Positions 12,116 through 25,569 of a DNA stretch of 64,000 nucleotides are shown here, in pieces. A model generated the notes under the pieces. It did no database searches. It was not told the origin of the DNA and saw only the letters and a list, made by a program, of their open reading frames with translations. This DNA comes from Chiloscyllium plagiosum (taxonomy: Eukaryota): positions 78,039,929 to 78,103,928 of the forward strand of contig NC_057719.1 in the NCBI RefSeq assembly GCF_004010195.1, written 5' to 3'. Numbering within the stretch: position 1 is the first letter of the stretch; every line of letters starts with the position of its first letter. The position numbers were made by a program, and so were the translations under genes.

Positions 12116-12857
12116 AAAGAATAAGGAAAATCTTCCTGCTCAAGTACTGTACGTGTACATTTGTTGGGAGTGCTTCAGTTTTCTACTATACGTTATTAGC
12201 ATATGTTAATATTAATGTTTGGGCCCATTGTTTACAATTCTGCTGCTTGGGGTAGTTTGCGTGTGCATAGTGTGAAAAGTTCTCAGATGCACCATTGAAA
12301 TTTGCTTTGAAGATTAAATTAATTCTTTCATATTCTGAATGTTTTAAAAAATCAGAGCTTTTAAAGATAATAGTGGTATGACACATGATTATGCATAACA
12401 AAAAATGCTTGAGCATTGTACCCAAATTTCTGATCTCTTAACTGAGAGGCCACATTGATGCATGCTGCAAATGTTCCATTCCTTGCTCAATCAACAGGTA
12501 TTGCATTTCTCAGAACTGGTGAATCTTTTTTCTCCTTTGCCTCTCCCTCATCAAGTACTCTGTCAATGTTCTATGTTTCAAGCTAATTCAGAAATCTGCA
12601 GTCACCTTGCAGAAGGGAGATCTATTGTCAACAAAGATTGAAATGAGGTGGAAAGTAGAAGAGGGAGCATAATTATCTCTTTCAGTCACATCTCCTGACA
12701 GATGATCACAGCGTGGCATCAATAGCCACAATGAAGCCATTATTTCATGCAACCTACATAACTGCAGAAGTTTAAGCGAGAGTTAGAAATGTTCATTAAT
12801 TTATGCAAAACCCATGTGCAAAGTAACCATTAGCTGTTTTCCTCCTTCAATTTCCAG

Positions 12858-12969
12858 TTCAGAGAGCTTCTTTATTTGGTGTTGATTCAGACCACAGACC
12901 TGACAGCTTATTGCTTGATGGTAACAATCAGGCAGACAGACATCCATCACCTCAAGCTGTACCCAGAAG
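12858..12969 (+). CDS. SIPA1L1-like: SIPA1-like coding exon
   Basis: tttccag|TT ... AG|gtgagt, phase 1/2. Encodes (V)QRASLFGVDSDHRPDSLLLDGNNQADRHPSPQAVPR; VQRAS matches SIPA1L1/3. Confidence 0.85.
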
Positions 12970-13980
12970 GTGAGTCATACTATCTTCGGAACCCATGGAA
13001 TGATGGTCACTTCAGTGTGCACAAAGTGAAAAATAACCACCTACTGACTCTTGAAGCCAAGCCATACAGCATTACATGGTCTCATCAGCTACCTGCTTCT
13101 TTTCCTCCGACAGTAGTTTTTGAACAGTGCAAGCTTCAAACACTTTTATTACACAGTAGACCACATATTATATATTTCAGCTTTTCTTATATTTCTTGAA
13201 CCTTTCTCTTTTATTCAGCTGCTGAAGAAAGTCTGCTCCCCAAATCGAATTAGGTTTCTCAGTGCAGTTGGGGTATCTAAAGAGCCATAACTTTCCTCTT
13301 GAAGGTGAAGCTTCTTCAAGGATCATACTGTTATTCAGTTAGCAAAGCCCATGTACCAAAGCTCAATCACTGTGCTGCAACATCCACATTGCGCATGAGC
13401 AATTAATGTTCAAATCCAGCAGATTCATAGCAATTGCAGTATGGCAAAGGGTGAAATGCTGTTTGTGTAAATAGTGTACCTGGACCAATAGGTTCTGCAG
13501 ATATACGATTTGATTATTGAAGTACATGCATCCAAAAGTACATGCATCCAAAATAAAATCTAGAAATACAAAGCCATTCTATCTTCTAAAAAATAAATAT
13601 GACTTCAAATTTTGCGTAGTGACATTCAAAATGTTATTGGTTGGACATTGATTGTCCATTCTGATACTTAACTCATGGTTTCCTCAATGATGTACCAGAG
13701 AAAAGTCAAGAGTTGATAACCAAAAGACAGAACAAGGGTTGAAATTGGGAAAGTGAGACTGGGAATAAGTTTCTCTTCCTTGTTTGTTCAGTAGATATGG
13801 ACCACTTCATTTAGAGTAGGGTTCGTGATCACATCAGTCCTACCTGTTGGGAGGATGTCATCAGCTACTAACCCATGAAAAAAGTAGAAGTCAAACAGAT
13901 CTGACTGGGTTTTACAAATTAAGAGCCATCTCATTTAACTTGATACATTCTGTTTTAACTGGTTTAAATATCCTTTTCAG

Positions 13981-14062
13981 AGAAGAATCTCCGACCACTC
14001 TGTCTGGCAAGGTGACTGAACTGGAAATGTTGCTGAAGGAACTTCGGGATGATTTGAGGAGG
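13981..14062 (+). CDS. SIPA1L1-like: SIPA1-like coding exon (start of C-terminal coiled coil)
   Basis: ccttttcag|A ... AGG|gtcagt, phase 2/0. Encodes (R)EESPTTLSGKVTELEMLLKELRDDLRR. Confidence 0.92.
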
Positions 14063-14359
14063 GTCAGTGAAAATTTTCATATTTGGGCAAGCAGCAATTG
14101 GTGTAGCTCGATCCTGGCATGCTTTTCACAAGGGAGGAATGTAATGCTCAGCTTGATTGTCGTCTCCAGCAAAAACTTGTTCACTTCACTTATGTTATGC
14201 TTGCATGATTGAGGTGGAATGTAATGTTAATAATGCCCTCATTTGTAGTACTGTTTCATTTTGGAAATAATTTAAATCTTCCATTTTTTTTAATGTCTAT
14301 TTTTAAATAAAAGTCCCAGTCTAGAGTTTTCAACAGAACATCTCCATTGATGTAATAAG

Positions 14360-14505
14360 GAAGTTCCATCTTTCGGATGAGACATTAAACCAAGGCTGCA
14401 CCCTTCCTTGCTACCTATGAATGTAGAAGACTCCCATATTCAAAACAGAATAAAGGTGCTCCCCTAATGTTGTGACAAATACTTATCCCTCAGCTAATAT
14501 CAGGT
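14360..14505 (+). mobile_element. DeuSINE/AmnSINE-like core fragment
   Basis: 'ctttcggatgagacattaaaccaaggc...aatacttatccctca' resembles the Deu domain. Confidence 0.5.
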
Positions 14506-14519
14506 TGGTCATTTGATAT

Positions 14520-15277
14520 AGCTGAAAAAGAACATGTTTTGTCGAAACTTCTCATCTTGTAGTCGTCGGGACAATTTAGAAGAATATAAATTCAATGGGA
14601 TGCGATCAAATTTTATACTGTAGAAGAGTGTTGATTGGTTGGCAAGTGGACTCCAACTGGTGGAGGTGTTACTGTTGCAAATTTTCCCACAAATGCTGAT
14701 TGACAGTTAACTACAAGGCTTTGTTAAAATTTTAATATAGGCCAGTTGACTCTGGCCAGGTCATTGCACTGAGAAATAAAAGAGTGAATGAAAGTCATGT
14801 TGTCCAGTTGAAACTGACAATGTGTGGGCATGTTCTTGCTGTCCACAAAGAAAAACGTATTGATACGTAAATACAAGTATTCCACATTTCAAGTCCAACT
14901 GACTATACGAAGTTGGTTGTCAGTATTCATTTTATCACATTCAGGATTATCTCGCAAGTGTTGTCCAATTACAGAATCATACATAATGTTGGAAATTGTG
15001 TTGAGTTTTGCATGCACAAGTTTTTAGATATGGTGATTACTTGATTGTTGCAACAGTGAAAGTGGTATGCTATTTGATTAAAATCTGCTAGTCTTTGGGG
15101 ATATATAGCATACATACACAAAGTTACACCAGCACTAAAATTTTTAAATACTATGCTTTTCATTTGTGTGTAGTCAAGAATATTTCTTTGGCTTGACAGC
15201 AACATCTTGTTAGTGGCAAACACCATTTGCATGCCACTGCATAGTAGTAGTAGTTTGAAACAGCTAGCTTCACCTGT
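14520..15277 (-). mobile_element. Penelope-like GIY-YIG remnant (second family)
   Basis: Minus ORF 'MVFATNKMLLSSQRNILDYTQMKSIVF...QRLAD'. Homologous to 44790-45455, with a decayed hammerhead at 14540-14573. Confidence 0.65.
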
Positions 15278-16292
15278 CATAGAGTCAGACAGTCAAAGAG
15301 CACAGAAACAACTCTTTTGCACCAACCAGACATCCCAGTCTGACTTAGTCTCCATTTGTCAGCATTTGGCTTATATCCCTGTATACCCTTCCTATTCATA
15401 TACACATCCAGATGCCTTTTAAATGTTATAATTATGACAGCTTCTGCCATTTTCTCTGGTAGGTTATTCCATACACTCACCACCCGTTGCATGACAAAGC
15501 TACACCTCAGGTAATTTTTAAATCTTGCCCTCTCACCTAAAACCTATGCCCTCTAGTTTTGGACTCCCCAATCCTGGGAAAAAGACCTTGGCTACTCACC
15601 TTATCCATATCCCTCATGATTTTATAAACTTCTATAAGGTCACCTTTCACCCTCAAAGTCCCGGGTAGAAAAGCCTCAGCCTAGTCAGCCTCTCTATAAC
15701 TCAAACTTTCCAGTCCTGGCAACATCTTTGTAAATCTTTTCTGCATCCTCTCAAGTTTAGCAACATCCTTCCAATAGAAAATATCTAGAATTCTAAAAAC
15801 ATCCTCACCAATGTCCTGTATAGCTGCAATACGACCTCCCAATGCTAACACTCAGTCTTCTGACCAATGAAGGCAAGTGTTCCAAATGCTGCCATCACCA
15901 CCCTGTCCACCTGCAACTCCATTTTCAAGAAACTATGCACGCGCAACCCTAGGTCTCTTTGTTCAACAACACTCCCCAAGGCCCTCCCATTAAGTGTATC
16001 GGTTTTGCCCTGATTTGCCTTCCCAAAATGCAACACCTCACATTTATCTAACTTAAACTCCTTCTGCCGCTCCTCAACATATCAGCCCATCTGATCAAGG
16101 TCCAATTGTACTCTGAGGTAACCTTTTTCACTGTTCACCAATTCTGGTGTCATCTGCAAACTTACTAACCATACCTTCCATATTGACACCAAAATCATTT
16201 ATAAAAACAGTGAACTGATCCTTATGGCACATGGCTGGTCACAGGCCTCTATTCCACAAAGCAACCCTCTATCACCACCCTCTGTCTCCCAC
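15278..16292 (-). mobile_element. CR1 LINE, 5'-truncated
   Basis: 'MLHFGKANQG...EQRDLGLRVHSFLK' and 'QRVVSVWNNLPEKMAEA...FKRHLD'. Confidence 0.9.
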
Positions 16293-17849
16293 ATCTGTTG
16301 TTCAATCGTTTGAGATACCTTACCCGTCTAAAGTAATCTGAGGTAGACTGTCTCTTTTCAAATCCAACAGTGACTGCCTTAGGGCCATTCATGGGTGTGC
16401 ATGACATACAGCAAGAAATGATCTGATCAGGGTAGTCGTTATCCTGCTGGATGGCTTTGATGTGCTCTATTTCAATTTTTGGCTATTGAGTAATTAACAA
16501 CCACTCTACGGTGCAAGATTAAATAACGTCACATGAATTCAGTGGCTGTCATCATCTAAAGTAGCGACGGAAGCACTTCAGGAAAAGAATTTCACTGCTG
16601 ATCAGTTATACAGATATCATATTTGCCCTATAAATACCCGGTTCTAATTTTGCTATATTTTGAGAAGAATAGGAATCATCAGCCATTGCTGAGGTCAAGT
16701 AGAAAAAGATTTAATCTTTTAATTGTTTGCATCTGACCTGGGGATTGCTTCACACTGACAATAGATGTCTGAATTCTTGTGCTAGCATTGATTTAGCATG
16801 TTTACTGTAAAGCAAACAAAATCACAAAGGTGATCACTCCTTTGATTCCAGCCTATATCCTTGTTACATTAATCTTAAATTGACTGACTAACTGAAAAAT
16901 GTGTTGTGCTCAGAAACTGTTTCATAGCTGGCTTAGTATTTTTCTTTTTCATGGACTATATTCCAGTTACTGTAATTCCAACTAATGCACATAGTAAGAG
17001 GATGGCACTAATTCCCATCTTTAATCCTTTTAAATGATCTTTTTTTTTGTTTGCTTTTGGAAGAAAACAGTGCCTTCCTGAGGTCATTTGAAAACAATTT
17101 TTAGTTATCTGCCTGTTCAGTTTGGATTTACCGACATTTTTAACTACAGCACTGTTTTGATGTGCTTAATGAATATCCCGTATGAAAAGTCCACATATTG
17201 ATCATAAGGTTTGACTTCAATTAATCTCCATGCTTCTGTCTAATCCAAAGTGCATACTTTGTACTTAATAACTGAAAGTTAACTCCAGATTTTTGTTTAC
17301 CTATTTTAGAAAGGACCCACATGGAAGTCGATGCAATGTAAGCAGGTCCAGGAATAAACCGAGCTTACCACTAGTTCTGATCCCAAATATTTGCAATGTT
17401 AAGCAGGAATAGCAGTGAGACTATTTCCTGGCTCTCTTCTGCCACTCCACCTCACCTCACACCACACATGGTGATCCTATAGAGTCAAAAGTCTAAGCTC
17501 AGACATTATGAATCCTACTTAATGAAGCTGCCAGGCAATATCCAGCATTTTAGTGTTTCACAGAATAGGGAAGTGATTACACTTCTGAAATTTGAACAAC
17601 TTGTATTGTGCCATAGACATGTTTTATCCTCATTTGCCAATTAGCTGGAATCTCAATGAAATTACTACAGAATTGTAACTCCCAGCTATTTCGTTTCACA
17701 TTAAATGTGATTGTTTACAATTTATGAAATTAACTGTATACTTGATCACATACCATTAATCATTCTCTCATACCTATTAGAAGAAGGACCTAAATTTATA
17801 TAGTGCCTATCATAACAACAATTGAAATTCAGTCACTGTTATAATTTTT

Positions 17850-18715
17850 AAAATTAATTCATGAGATGTGGGCACCATTAGCTGGGTCATTAATGCCCAT
17901 ACCTTGTTGCCCTTGAAAAGATGGTGGTGAGCTATCTTTTTGAACTACTGTGATCCATTGGGTGGAGGTACCTCACAATACTACTGGAGAGGGAGTCCTG
18001 TGGTATTGATCCAACAGTACTGAAGCAACAGTGATATATTTCCAAGCAAAGATAGTGAGTATTTTGAAGGAGACATTGCAGATGATGGTGTTCCAGCCCT
18101 TTTCAATGATTGTGGTGCTAGGTTTTGGAAGGTGCTGCCTAATGAGCTTTGGAGAATGCATCCGTAAATGGTACACTGTTCTGCTACTAAGAGTCAAAGG
18201 TGAAGGGAGAGCATGGTTGTGGGTGTGGTACTAATCAAATGGCAGGTTCTTCTTGGTGGTGTCAAGTTCCTTGAATGCTGCTGCATTTATGCAGGCAAGT
18301 AGGGGTATTCCATCTCAATTCTGACTTGTACCTTGTAGATGGCAGAGAAGTTTTAGAGTCAGAAGGTGAGATACTTGCTGCAGAATTCCTAGCCTCTGAC
18401 CTGCTCTATTAGCCATTTATATAGCTAGTCCAGTTCAGTTTCTTGTCAATGATCATTTCCAGAACGTTGACAGTGGACGTCAACATTGAATGATGATAGG
18501 CAATGGTTAGATCCTCACTTGTTGGATATGGTCATTGCCTGGCATTTGTGTGGCACAAATGTTACTTGCCACTTATCAGCCCAAGCCTGGATATCATTCA
18601 GGTCTTGCTGCATTTGAACATGAATGCATCACTCTCTGACAATTTGCAAATGATGCTAAATGCTGTGCAACAGCCAGTGCATATCCCCATTTTGGACTTT
18701 ATAGTGGAGGAATAT
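17850..18715 (-). mobile_element. Decayed LINE 3' part (CR1/L2 group)
   Basis: Shares 'gcccttgaaaagatggtggtgagc...ccttgtagatgg...ttcctagcctctgacctgct' with 57055-57640. Confidence 0.6.
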
Positions 18716-19060
18716 GTAAGCAACATTAAAACCATTTGTCTGCAGTGATGTCCTACATATAGCAATAATTAAAACCAAGCAATCTGAATGAATATTACTA
18801 GAAGGTAATCCGAATTAGGCATCAATCATTGTACTAAGAATTAGCAAGAGGTTCAAATTACTACAGTGTTTCTAGACAGAATTCTGTGTACGCTTCTGAT
18901 CCATGATCAGATTACTCCATTTTAGTGACTGTTGTGTATGGTATCATGTAACTCTTAATCTGATTACTGTGCACAAATGACTGTCAGAGGCAGCTGTTTC
19001 TACGCACTTTTCCGTATTTCAAACATGGTCTCAATTGATCTGTGTGTGTTTGTCTTTTAG

Positions 19061-19204
19061 GCAAAGGAAGATCGAGCTGCACTGCAAGAAGAGGTGCAGC
19101 ATCTGCGGGAAGACAACTTGCGTTTGCAGGAAGAATCCCAGGCTGCATCTGCACAGCTGAAGAAATTCACTGAATGGGTCTTCAATACAATTGACATGAA
19201 ATGA
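19061..19204 (+). CDS. SIPA1L1-like: SIPA1-like terminal coding exon
   Basis: gtcttttag|GCA acceptor. Encodes [47 protein letters not shown] followed by TGA at 19202-19204. Confidence 0.95.
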   Translation, partial: AKEDRAALQEEVQHLREDNLRLQEESQAASAQLKKFTEWVFNTIDMK

Positions 19205-20670
19205 CTCGTTGTAGAAACAGGAAAAAAAACTCAACCTCTTGTAAAGGAAAGAGTCTTGATGTGATCTCCCATTTGTGAGGAGTTCCACTTTAGAAAAACC
19301 CAAGCACTTTCATCACAAGCTGAATGAATGATTGTTCTCAGTGCATACCACATACGTTTTTGCTTGCCTTACATTTTCATCTGGAATTGTTAAAATGTGA
19401 AAGTCAGGTTTTTGCACAGTATAAATATATTTTTGTTTGTAAAGTTCATTTTACTATATTGAACCACTTCTGTGGCATTAGTTTTTCAGACCTTGGTTAC
19501 CATGACACATGTGGGATGCTTTCCCATTTATTCATTTAATATTAAAATAATGTGTTTAAAAGGGAGAGGTCAGTTAGCTACGTGCCAGAAACTTTCAAGA
19601 GTCTTAAAAGCAAAAGAGGGTTTAGAATTCCATGTTTTGATTTGTGCATTAATAATCAGAGATGGTGTTTCTTAAATCATTCACCATGATTGGGAATCCT
19701 TTGGGTTTTTGCTTAGTGTTTGAAAATAATAAATTCGTAATTTTTAAAGAAAATAAATAATATAAGTGTGAGTGTCTTTTATCTGGAATTAATTTAACAA
19801 GAAGAAAGGAACGATCACCATTCAAGTAAAGTTTGAAGAATGTTTCACGCAAACACTCTTCAAAATGCATGTGGTGTGCCCTTTACATATTCCTCTTGTA
19901 CAGGTTCAGATTACAGCACAAATGTTGACCAAAAAAAAGTGAAATTGAGGACCTTCTGATATCCTAGATAGAAGGACTCAAAATAAGTCCTTAGAATGTT
20001 ACATTGAAACAAATTTGATTTCATATTTAACCTGATTTTAGTTTCTAAATTGTGTAGAGATTCATTGAAATGAATGGTTTCTGCAAAAGAAAGTGGTGGG
20101 TTTTGAATTACAATGACAGTGTGATGTACTTTGGATGAAGTGCAAGTCCAATAGAGGCATTTTTTTGGTTACAGTTGTCATGGTGGCAAGTTCGTATTGC
20201 CCACTGAAAGTGGCAGTTGCATTGAGTGCGGGGTTCACGTGCATTTTTTCTATTTCCAATTTCCACCCCCTCTCACCCACATATATCCCTTAAAAATAAG
20301 CATTTGCTGATTCCAAGATTATTGAAAATAACTGATAGTTTTGTAAATAAATTGGAACTGAACTTTTCGGAATATTTTGTATGGTTCTGGTAAGTTTTGA
20401 AGTTCTGGAATTTTTTAGTTTAATATGGCCTTGTATGAAGGAAATGTATTATACCTTGTAGTGTACTGTTAATACAAATGGGAATTATGGCAGGCATTGA
20501 GGTTTCAAAGGTATTTGCTTGTTCAGTTTCCCCCTCCCTTGGTTAAAAAATCGGAACTAAAGCTTGCCTATTTATTGTACTCAAGATTTCTGATTTATTA
20601 TGTCCTGTATTTAATCAGAAAAGGTACATTCTAAGCAACTCACAATAAAACTTGTCTCAATGTTTGCAGG
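19205..20670 (+). other. Probable 3'UTR of the SIPA1-like gene
   Basis: Repeat-free AT-rich stretch after the stop codon, ending at AATAAA plus a GT/T-rich tract just before the next CR1. Confidence 0.65.
20644..20649 (+). terminator. Polyadenylation signal AATAAA
   Basis: cacAATAAAacttg followed by 'tgtttgcaggcttgtctttttgaaatgttttgtt' as downstream element. An alternative signal lies at 20346-20351. Confidence 0.6.
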
Positions 20671-20694
20671 CTTGTCTTTTTGAAATGTTTTGTT

Positions 20695-21525
20695 ACAAGG
20701 TGCCTGAAGTATCTTTATGAAATAGGCCAATAGGCTGAAAATTAGCAGATGAAGTTCAATCTGATAAAGGAGAAGTATTGCATTTTGGTACAATGAACAA
20801 GGATAGGTCTTAAAAAATTAATAGTAGGGCCCTGGTAGTGTTGTTGACCAGAGGGACCTGGGGTACAGATACATAATTCTTTGAAGTTTGGATCGCACAA
20901 ACAAGCTGGTTTAAAAAGACAATTTGCCATGCTTGCCTTCATTGCTCAGTCCTTTGCATGCAGTAGTTGGAAAGTCATGAATGTTGTCCCGGGCATTGGT
21001 AAGGCTCTTCTGGAATACTGTGTCCAGTTCTGGTCACCCAGTTATAGGAAGGATATTATTAATCTGGAGATGGTTCAGAAGAGATTTACCAGAATGCTTC
21101 TTTGTATGGAAGGTTTGAGTTATAAAGAAAAGTTGGATCGGCTGGGACTTTTTTCACTGGCGCATAGAAGGCGATGTGATAGAAATTTATCAAATAATGA
21201 GAGGTATCAATCATGTTAATAGTAGTTATCTTTTCCCTATTATGGGGGATTTCAAGACTGGGGACACAGTTTTGAGGTGAGATTTTAAAAAGATGAGGGG
21301 CAAATTTTTTGTATGGACTGGTTCACACATGGAATGAACTTCCTGAGGAAGTGGTGGATGTGGGTACAATTACATTGAAAAGACAGTTGGATAAGTTCAT
21401 GAATAGGAACTTATGGGATATGGGTCAGGAGCAGGCAGGCAGGACTAGTTTAAATTGGGATTCTGTTCGACATGGACAATTGGACCGAAAGGTCTATTTC
21501 TGTGTTTGTATGACTCTATGACTAT
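20695..21525 (+). mobile_element. CR1 LINE, 5'-truncated
   Basis: 'LLEYCVQFWSPSYRKDIINLEMVQKRFTRML' and a 'tatgactctatgact' tail. Confidence 0.9.
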
Positions 21526-22756
21526 TAAATTTCACTGTAATAGAACAGCATTTATCCCCTTTTCTTCTCTGCATTCTTCTATTTACATTGATTCCTAAAG
21601 AATAAGACTGTGAACAGATTACAAAATTCCTTAATATTCAGTTTGTGTCTTGCGCTCTTCCTGTCTCAGCATATTTCATCCTTCACTATTTTACCAATGA
21701 CAAGTATGATCTGAAATGTCCTACCTCATTCCTCCTGAACTCCAAATGTTTTGAGTGCATATACTTCCTTTTGCTTCTCTCCATGGTGTTGAAATCAAGT
21801 CTCCTCACATCATCTACTTCACTTTCTTTCCTGGGATGTCAGCATGGGAGCTGCTTATCCTCCTCAGTCTGTTCCCAAGTTTGAGAGACAGTTTATTGCA
21901 GCATGCTTCCTCTTAAATATGTAACAATCTTTCTAAACCTGCGATTGGTTTGCTCAAATGATCATCCTATATATGAACTTTTTTTCTGCTGGTAAACATT
22001 CATGTGTCTCACATCATGGAACTTGGTATATCATCAGGTAGTCTTATTCCAGTTGTAATTAATCTAAATCCAAATGTAATTGAATTACTCTGGATTGTTC
22101 TCATTGGTTGACTTTCTGCCTATTTTCATTCAATTGCTAAATTGAAAGTGCAGTCTCCCTGCCCATAAAACATATAATTTAGGGACAGTAGGCCATTTCG
22201 CCCGTCAAGCCTGCTCCACCACTCAGTATGATCTTGGTTGATCATCCAACTCAATATCATGTACTGCTTTTGTTCCATACCCTAGATCCTTTTAGCCCTA
22301 AGGACTACATCAAATTGATTCTTGAAAACATTCAATGTTTTAGCTTCCACAGGCTTACAACTTGGTGAAAATAATTCTTCTCATCTCAGTTCTAAATGGT
22401 CATTCCTGTATCATCATGCTTTTATCCTGTCTAGTCTTGTTAGAATTCTTTAGTTTCTTGTGCAATCACCCTGCATTCTTCAACATGACGATCAATATAA
22501 TCCTAAGTGATCCAGTCTTTCCTCTTATGTCAGTACTGCCATCGCAGGATTCAGTCTGGTCAATCTAGAAGTTATCTCCAAAATACTCTTGTATTTTTAG
22601 CTGAGGCAGAAAAGGTGGAGCTGTGGCATCTTGGCACCAAATGGGAGGGGACACAATTGCTAATATTCTCCACATTCTACTTTCCTGGTGTAGAGCGTGG
22701 GGGTGGTGAAATTTGACTTGGGCCCGTTTTTGGCATTCACTGAAGACATTCACTTC

Positions 22757-24157
22757 ATAGAACATAGAAGAATACAGCGCAGTACAGGCCCTTCGGCCCT
22801 CGATGTTGCGTCGATCCAAGCCCACCTAACCTACACTAGCCCACTATCCTCCATATGCCTATCCAATGCCCGCTTAAATGCCCATAATGAGGGAGAGTCC
22901 ACCACTGCTACTGGCAGGGCATTCCATGAACTCACGACTCACTGAGTAAAGAACCTACCCCTAACATCTGTCCTATACCTACCACCCCTTAATTTAAAGC
23001 TATGCCCCCTCGTAATAGCTGACTCCATACGTGGAAAAAGATTCTCACTGTCGACCCTATCTAAACCCCTAATCATCTTATACACCTCTATCAAGTCACC
23101 CCTAAACCTTCTTTTCTCCAATAAAAANNNNNNNNNNNNNNNNNNNNNNNNNNNNNNNNNNNNNNNNNNNNNNNNNNNNNNNNNNNNNNNNNNNNNNNNN
23201 NNNNNNNNNNNNNNNNNNNNNNNNNNNNNNNNNNNNNNNNNNNNNNNNNNNNNNNNNNNNNNNNNNNNNNNNNNNNNNNNNNNNNNNNNNNNNNNNNNNN
23301 NNNNNNNNNNNNNNNNNNNNNNNNNNNNNNNNNNNNNNNNNNNNNNNNNNNNNNNNNNNNNNNNNNNNNNNNNNNNNNNNNNNNNNNNNNNNNNNNNNNN
23401 NNNNNNNNNNNNNNNNNNNNNNNNNNNNNNNNNNNNNNNNNNNNNNNNNNNNNNNNNNNNNNNNNNNNNNNNNNNNNNNNNNNNNNNNNNNNNNNNNNNN
23501 NNNNNNNNNNNNNNNNNNNNNNNNNNNNNNNNNNNNNNNNNNNNNNNNNNNNNNNNNNNNNNNNNNNNNNNNNNNNNNNNNNNNNNNNNNNNNNNNNNNN
23601 NNNNNNNNNNNNNNNNNNNNNNNNNNNNNNNNNNNNNNNNNNNNNNNNNNNNATCCATTTATACCACATCTACCGCTTTCCCCTCATCAACCTCCTTCGT
23701 CACCTTTTCAAAGAATTCAATAAGGTTTGTGAGGCACGACTTGCCCTTCACAAAACCATGCTGACTATCCTTGATCACATTATTCCTATCCAGATGTTCA
23801 TAAATCCTATCCCTTACAATTCTCTCCATGATTTTGCCCACAACAGAAGTGAGACTCGCCGGCCTATAGTTACTAGGGTTATCCCTACTCCCCTTCTTGA
23901 ACAAGGGGACCACATTTGCTATCCTCCAGTCTTCTGGCACTACTCCTGTAGACAACGAGGACATAAACATCAAGGCCAATGGCTCTGCAATCTCCTTCCT
24001 TGCTTCCCAGAGAATCCTAGGATAAATGCCATCAGGCCCAGGGGACTTATCTATTTTCACCCTTTCCAGAATTTCCAACACCTCTTCTCTACATACCTCA
24101 AAGCCATCCATTCTACTTAATTGTGACTCAGTACTCACATTGACAACAATGTCCTGT
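22757..24157 (-). mobile_element. Relatively young CR1 LINE spanning an assembly gap
   Basis: Intact RT segment 'DKSPGPDGIYPRIL...NYRPASLTSVVGKIMERIVRDRI...QHGFVKGKSCLTNLIEFFE'. Tail (catagaa)n on the + strand. Confidence 0.92.
23128..23652. other. Assembly gap
   Basis: N run. Confidence 1.
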
Positions 24158-24398
24158 TAAGTTCTTGTTAAGATAGAGAGCTTGTCAGCTTTGTGTTACC
24201 TGCTTACCAAAGGGATTGTAGGCATACAATTCAATGCAAAATGAACTGCTGTTTGGGTAAGAAGGTCCAACAGTGTACATTTCTGCCATGATATATAGCT
24301 AGCTAACACATCTTAAAGGCAGCCAGCATTTCTTAAAGGGGATATGTATTCAGGCTGCTTTTGGTATCAGGAAGGCTTTGGAAGGTAGAATGTTGGTA

Positions 24399-24624
24399 AT
24401 GGAGCAGCAGAGAGCAGCTCCCACACTTGAATATCATGCTGAATACTATTGTACAGGTGATGGAAAGCAGGAGAGAGACCATGTTCCTCCAATAGATCCA
24501 TGATGCATGCCCTGCAAAAGGAACAGGAGTCGGTGGCCAGAGAAATCAGTTCCCAAAGACTCATTGTGAGGATCTGGCTCCAGTAGCCAGAAATAGTTCA
24601 GTGGCTTTACATTGGGTGGTAAAT
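24399..24624 (+). pseudogene. Fossil Harbinger-type Myb/SANT-like gene, exon 1
   Basis: Frameshifted translation MEQQRAAPT../MLNTIVQVMESRRETMF../LQKEQESVAREISSQRLIVRIWLQ*.. follows the Myb/SANT-like (trihelix) pattern R-x-P-x-F...L...R..LF...W..VA......R-x-W-x-Q-C. Confidence 0.55.
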
Positions 24625-24885
24625 ATCAGTGAAGGGATCTTCAAATGACACATCCCACCCATCAGGCTCTCTCACTGCTCAATGTTCCAAAGTCTTATCA
24701 CTTATCCATCAGTAATCAGGTCTTATGGGACTCAATCTGGTGATCTGCCTCACATTTACACACTTTCCATTGAATTCAGTCTTTGACCTTTTGCAGCTTT
24801 CATAGTTTCAGCTGTGTGATTGAGGCTGGTAGATCACCGTAGCTCATTGCTGTTTACTCAGTAACATTTTTCCATTCTCTTGCAG

Positions 24886-24990
24886 GACAAAATCAGACAC
24901 TGCCACAGGGAGCAGCAAGGGAGCCTCCCTACCTCTGAACCCTTCGGAGGAGTTGGTGTTACATGACGACAGTGTCGGTTCTGACTGAAG
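24886..24990 (+). pseudogene. Fossil Harbinger Myb/SANT-like gene, exon 2
   Basis: Strong acceptor ttccattctcttgcag| and donor GAAG|gtattg. DKIRHCHREQQ../PLNPSEELVL resembles the 'K..HN.RE...TGGG...LTP.EE.VL' segment. Stops occur in all frames. Confidence 0.5.
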
Positions 24991-25569
24991 GTATTGCATC
25001 TGGTATGGCTTAGAGCATTTAATATGGTACTGCATTGCACCCTTTCTCAATCCCACTCCAAGGTTATCAGTAAGATATGTTTTGAGATTTTCAAAATATG
25101 CCATCTGGCCAAAGACAGTGCAACCAGCACCAACCTTTAATGCAACAACACAATATCCTGATCTGACAGTCATTGCCACCGGCTTAGATATAGGCATTGC
25201 ACATATGTTGAACAGGGATCAGCAACCTTTTTTTAAACAACAATTGCCGACAATAAGAGCTATTGGGAGGCATAAAATGAAAATGTAGTATTTTGAAACC
25301 AAGTACTTGGCAACTTTCCAACAGTATCTGGTAGAATATAAAATCTCTATATATAATAAAATGCACATTATTTACCAGCAATAAAGAAAGATCAAAATTA
25401 GATCTAGCTGAGCTACTGCATTTTTTTAAACAGCTACTTTAAAAGTTTATTGGCAAAATTTATACTTAAACAAATGGTAGTTGAAGGTGTGTAGAACTAG
25501 AATTTTTAGCCATCAGTTCTCATGACTTTTAAAGAGGAAAGCTTTTGAATAAATTATCATCTGAGTTAT

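Noticed and set aside
12876..13199. 107-aa ORF overlapping the third exon
   Set aside because: Wrong frame; the real exon is 12858-12969 in another frame, and the remainder is intron.
22939..23669. Long ORFs in the track here and at 29335-30240 and 60468-61084
   Set aside because: They are artefacts of translating through N gaps.
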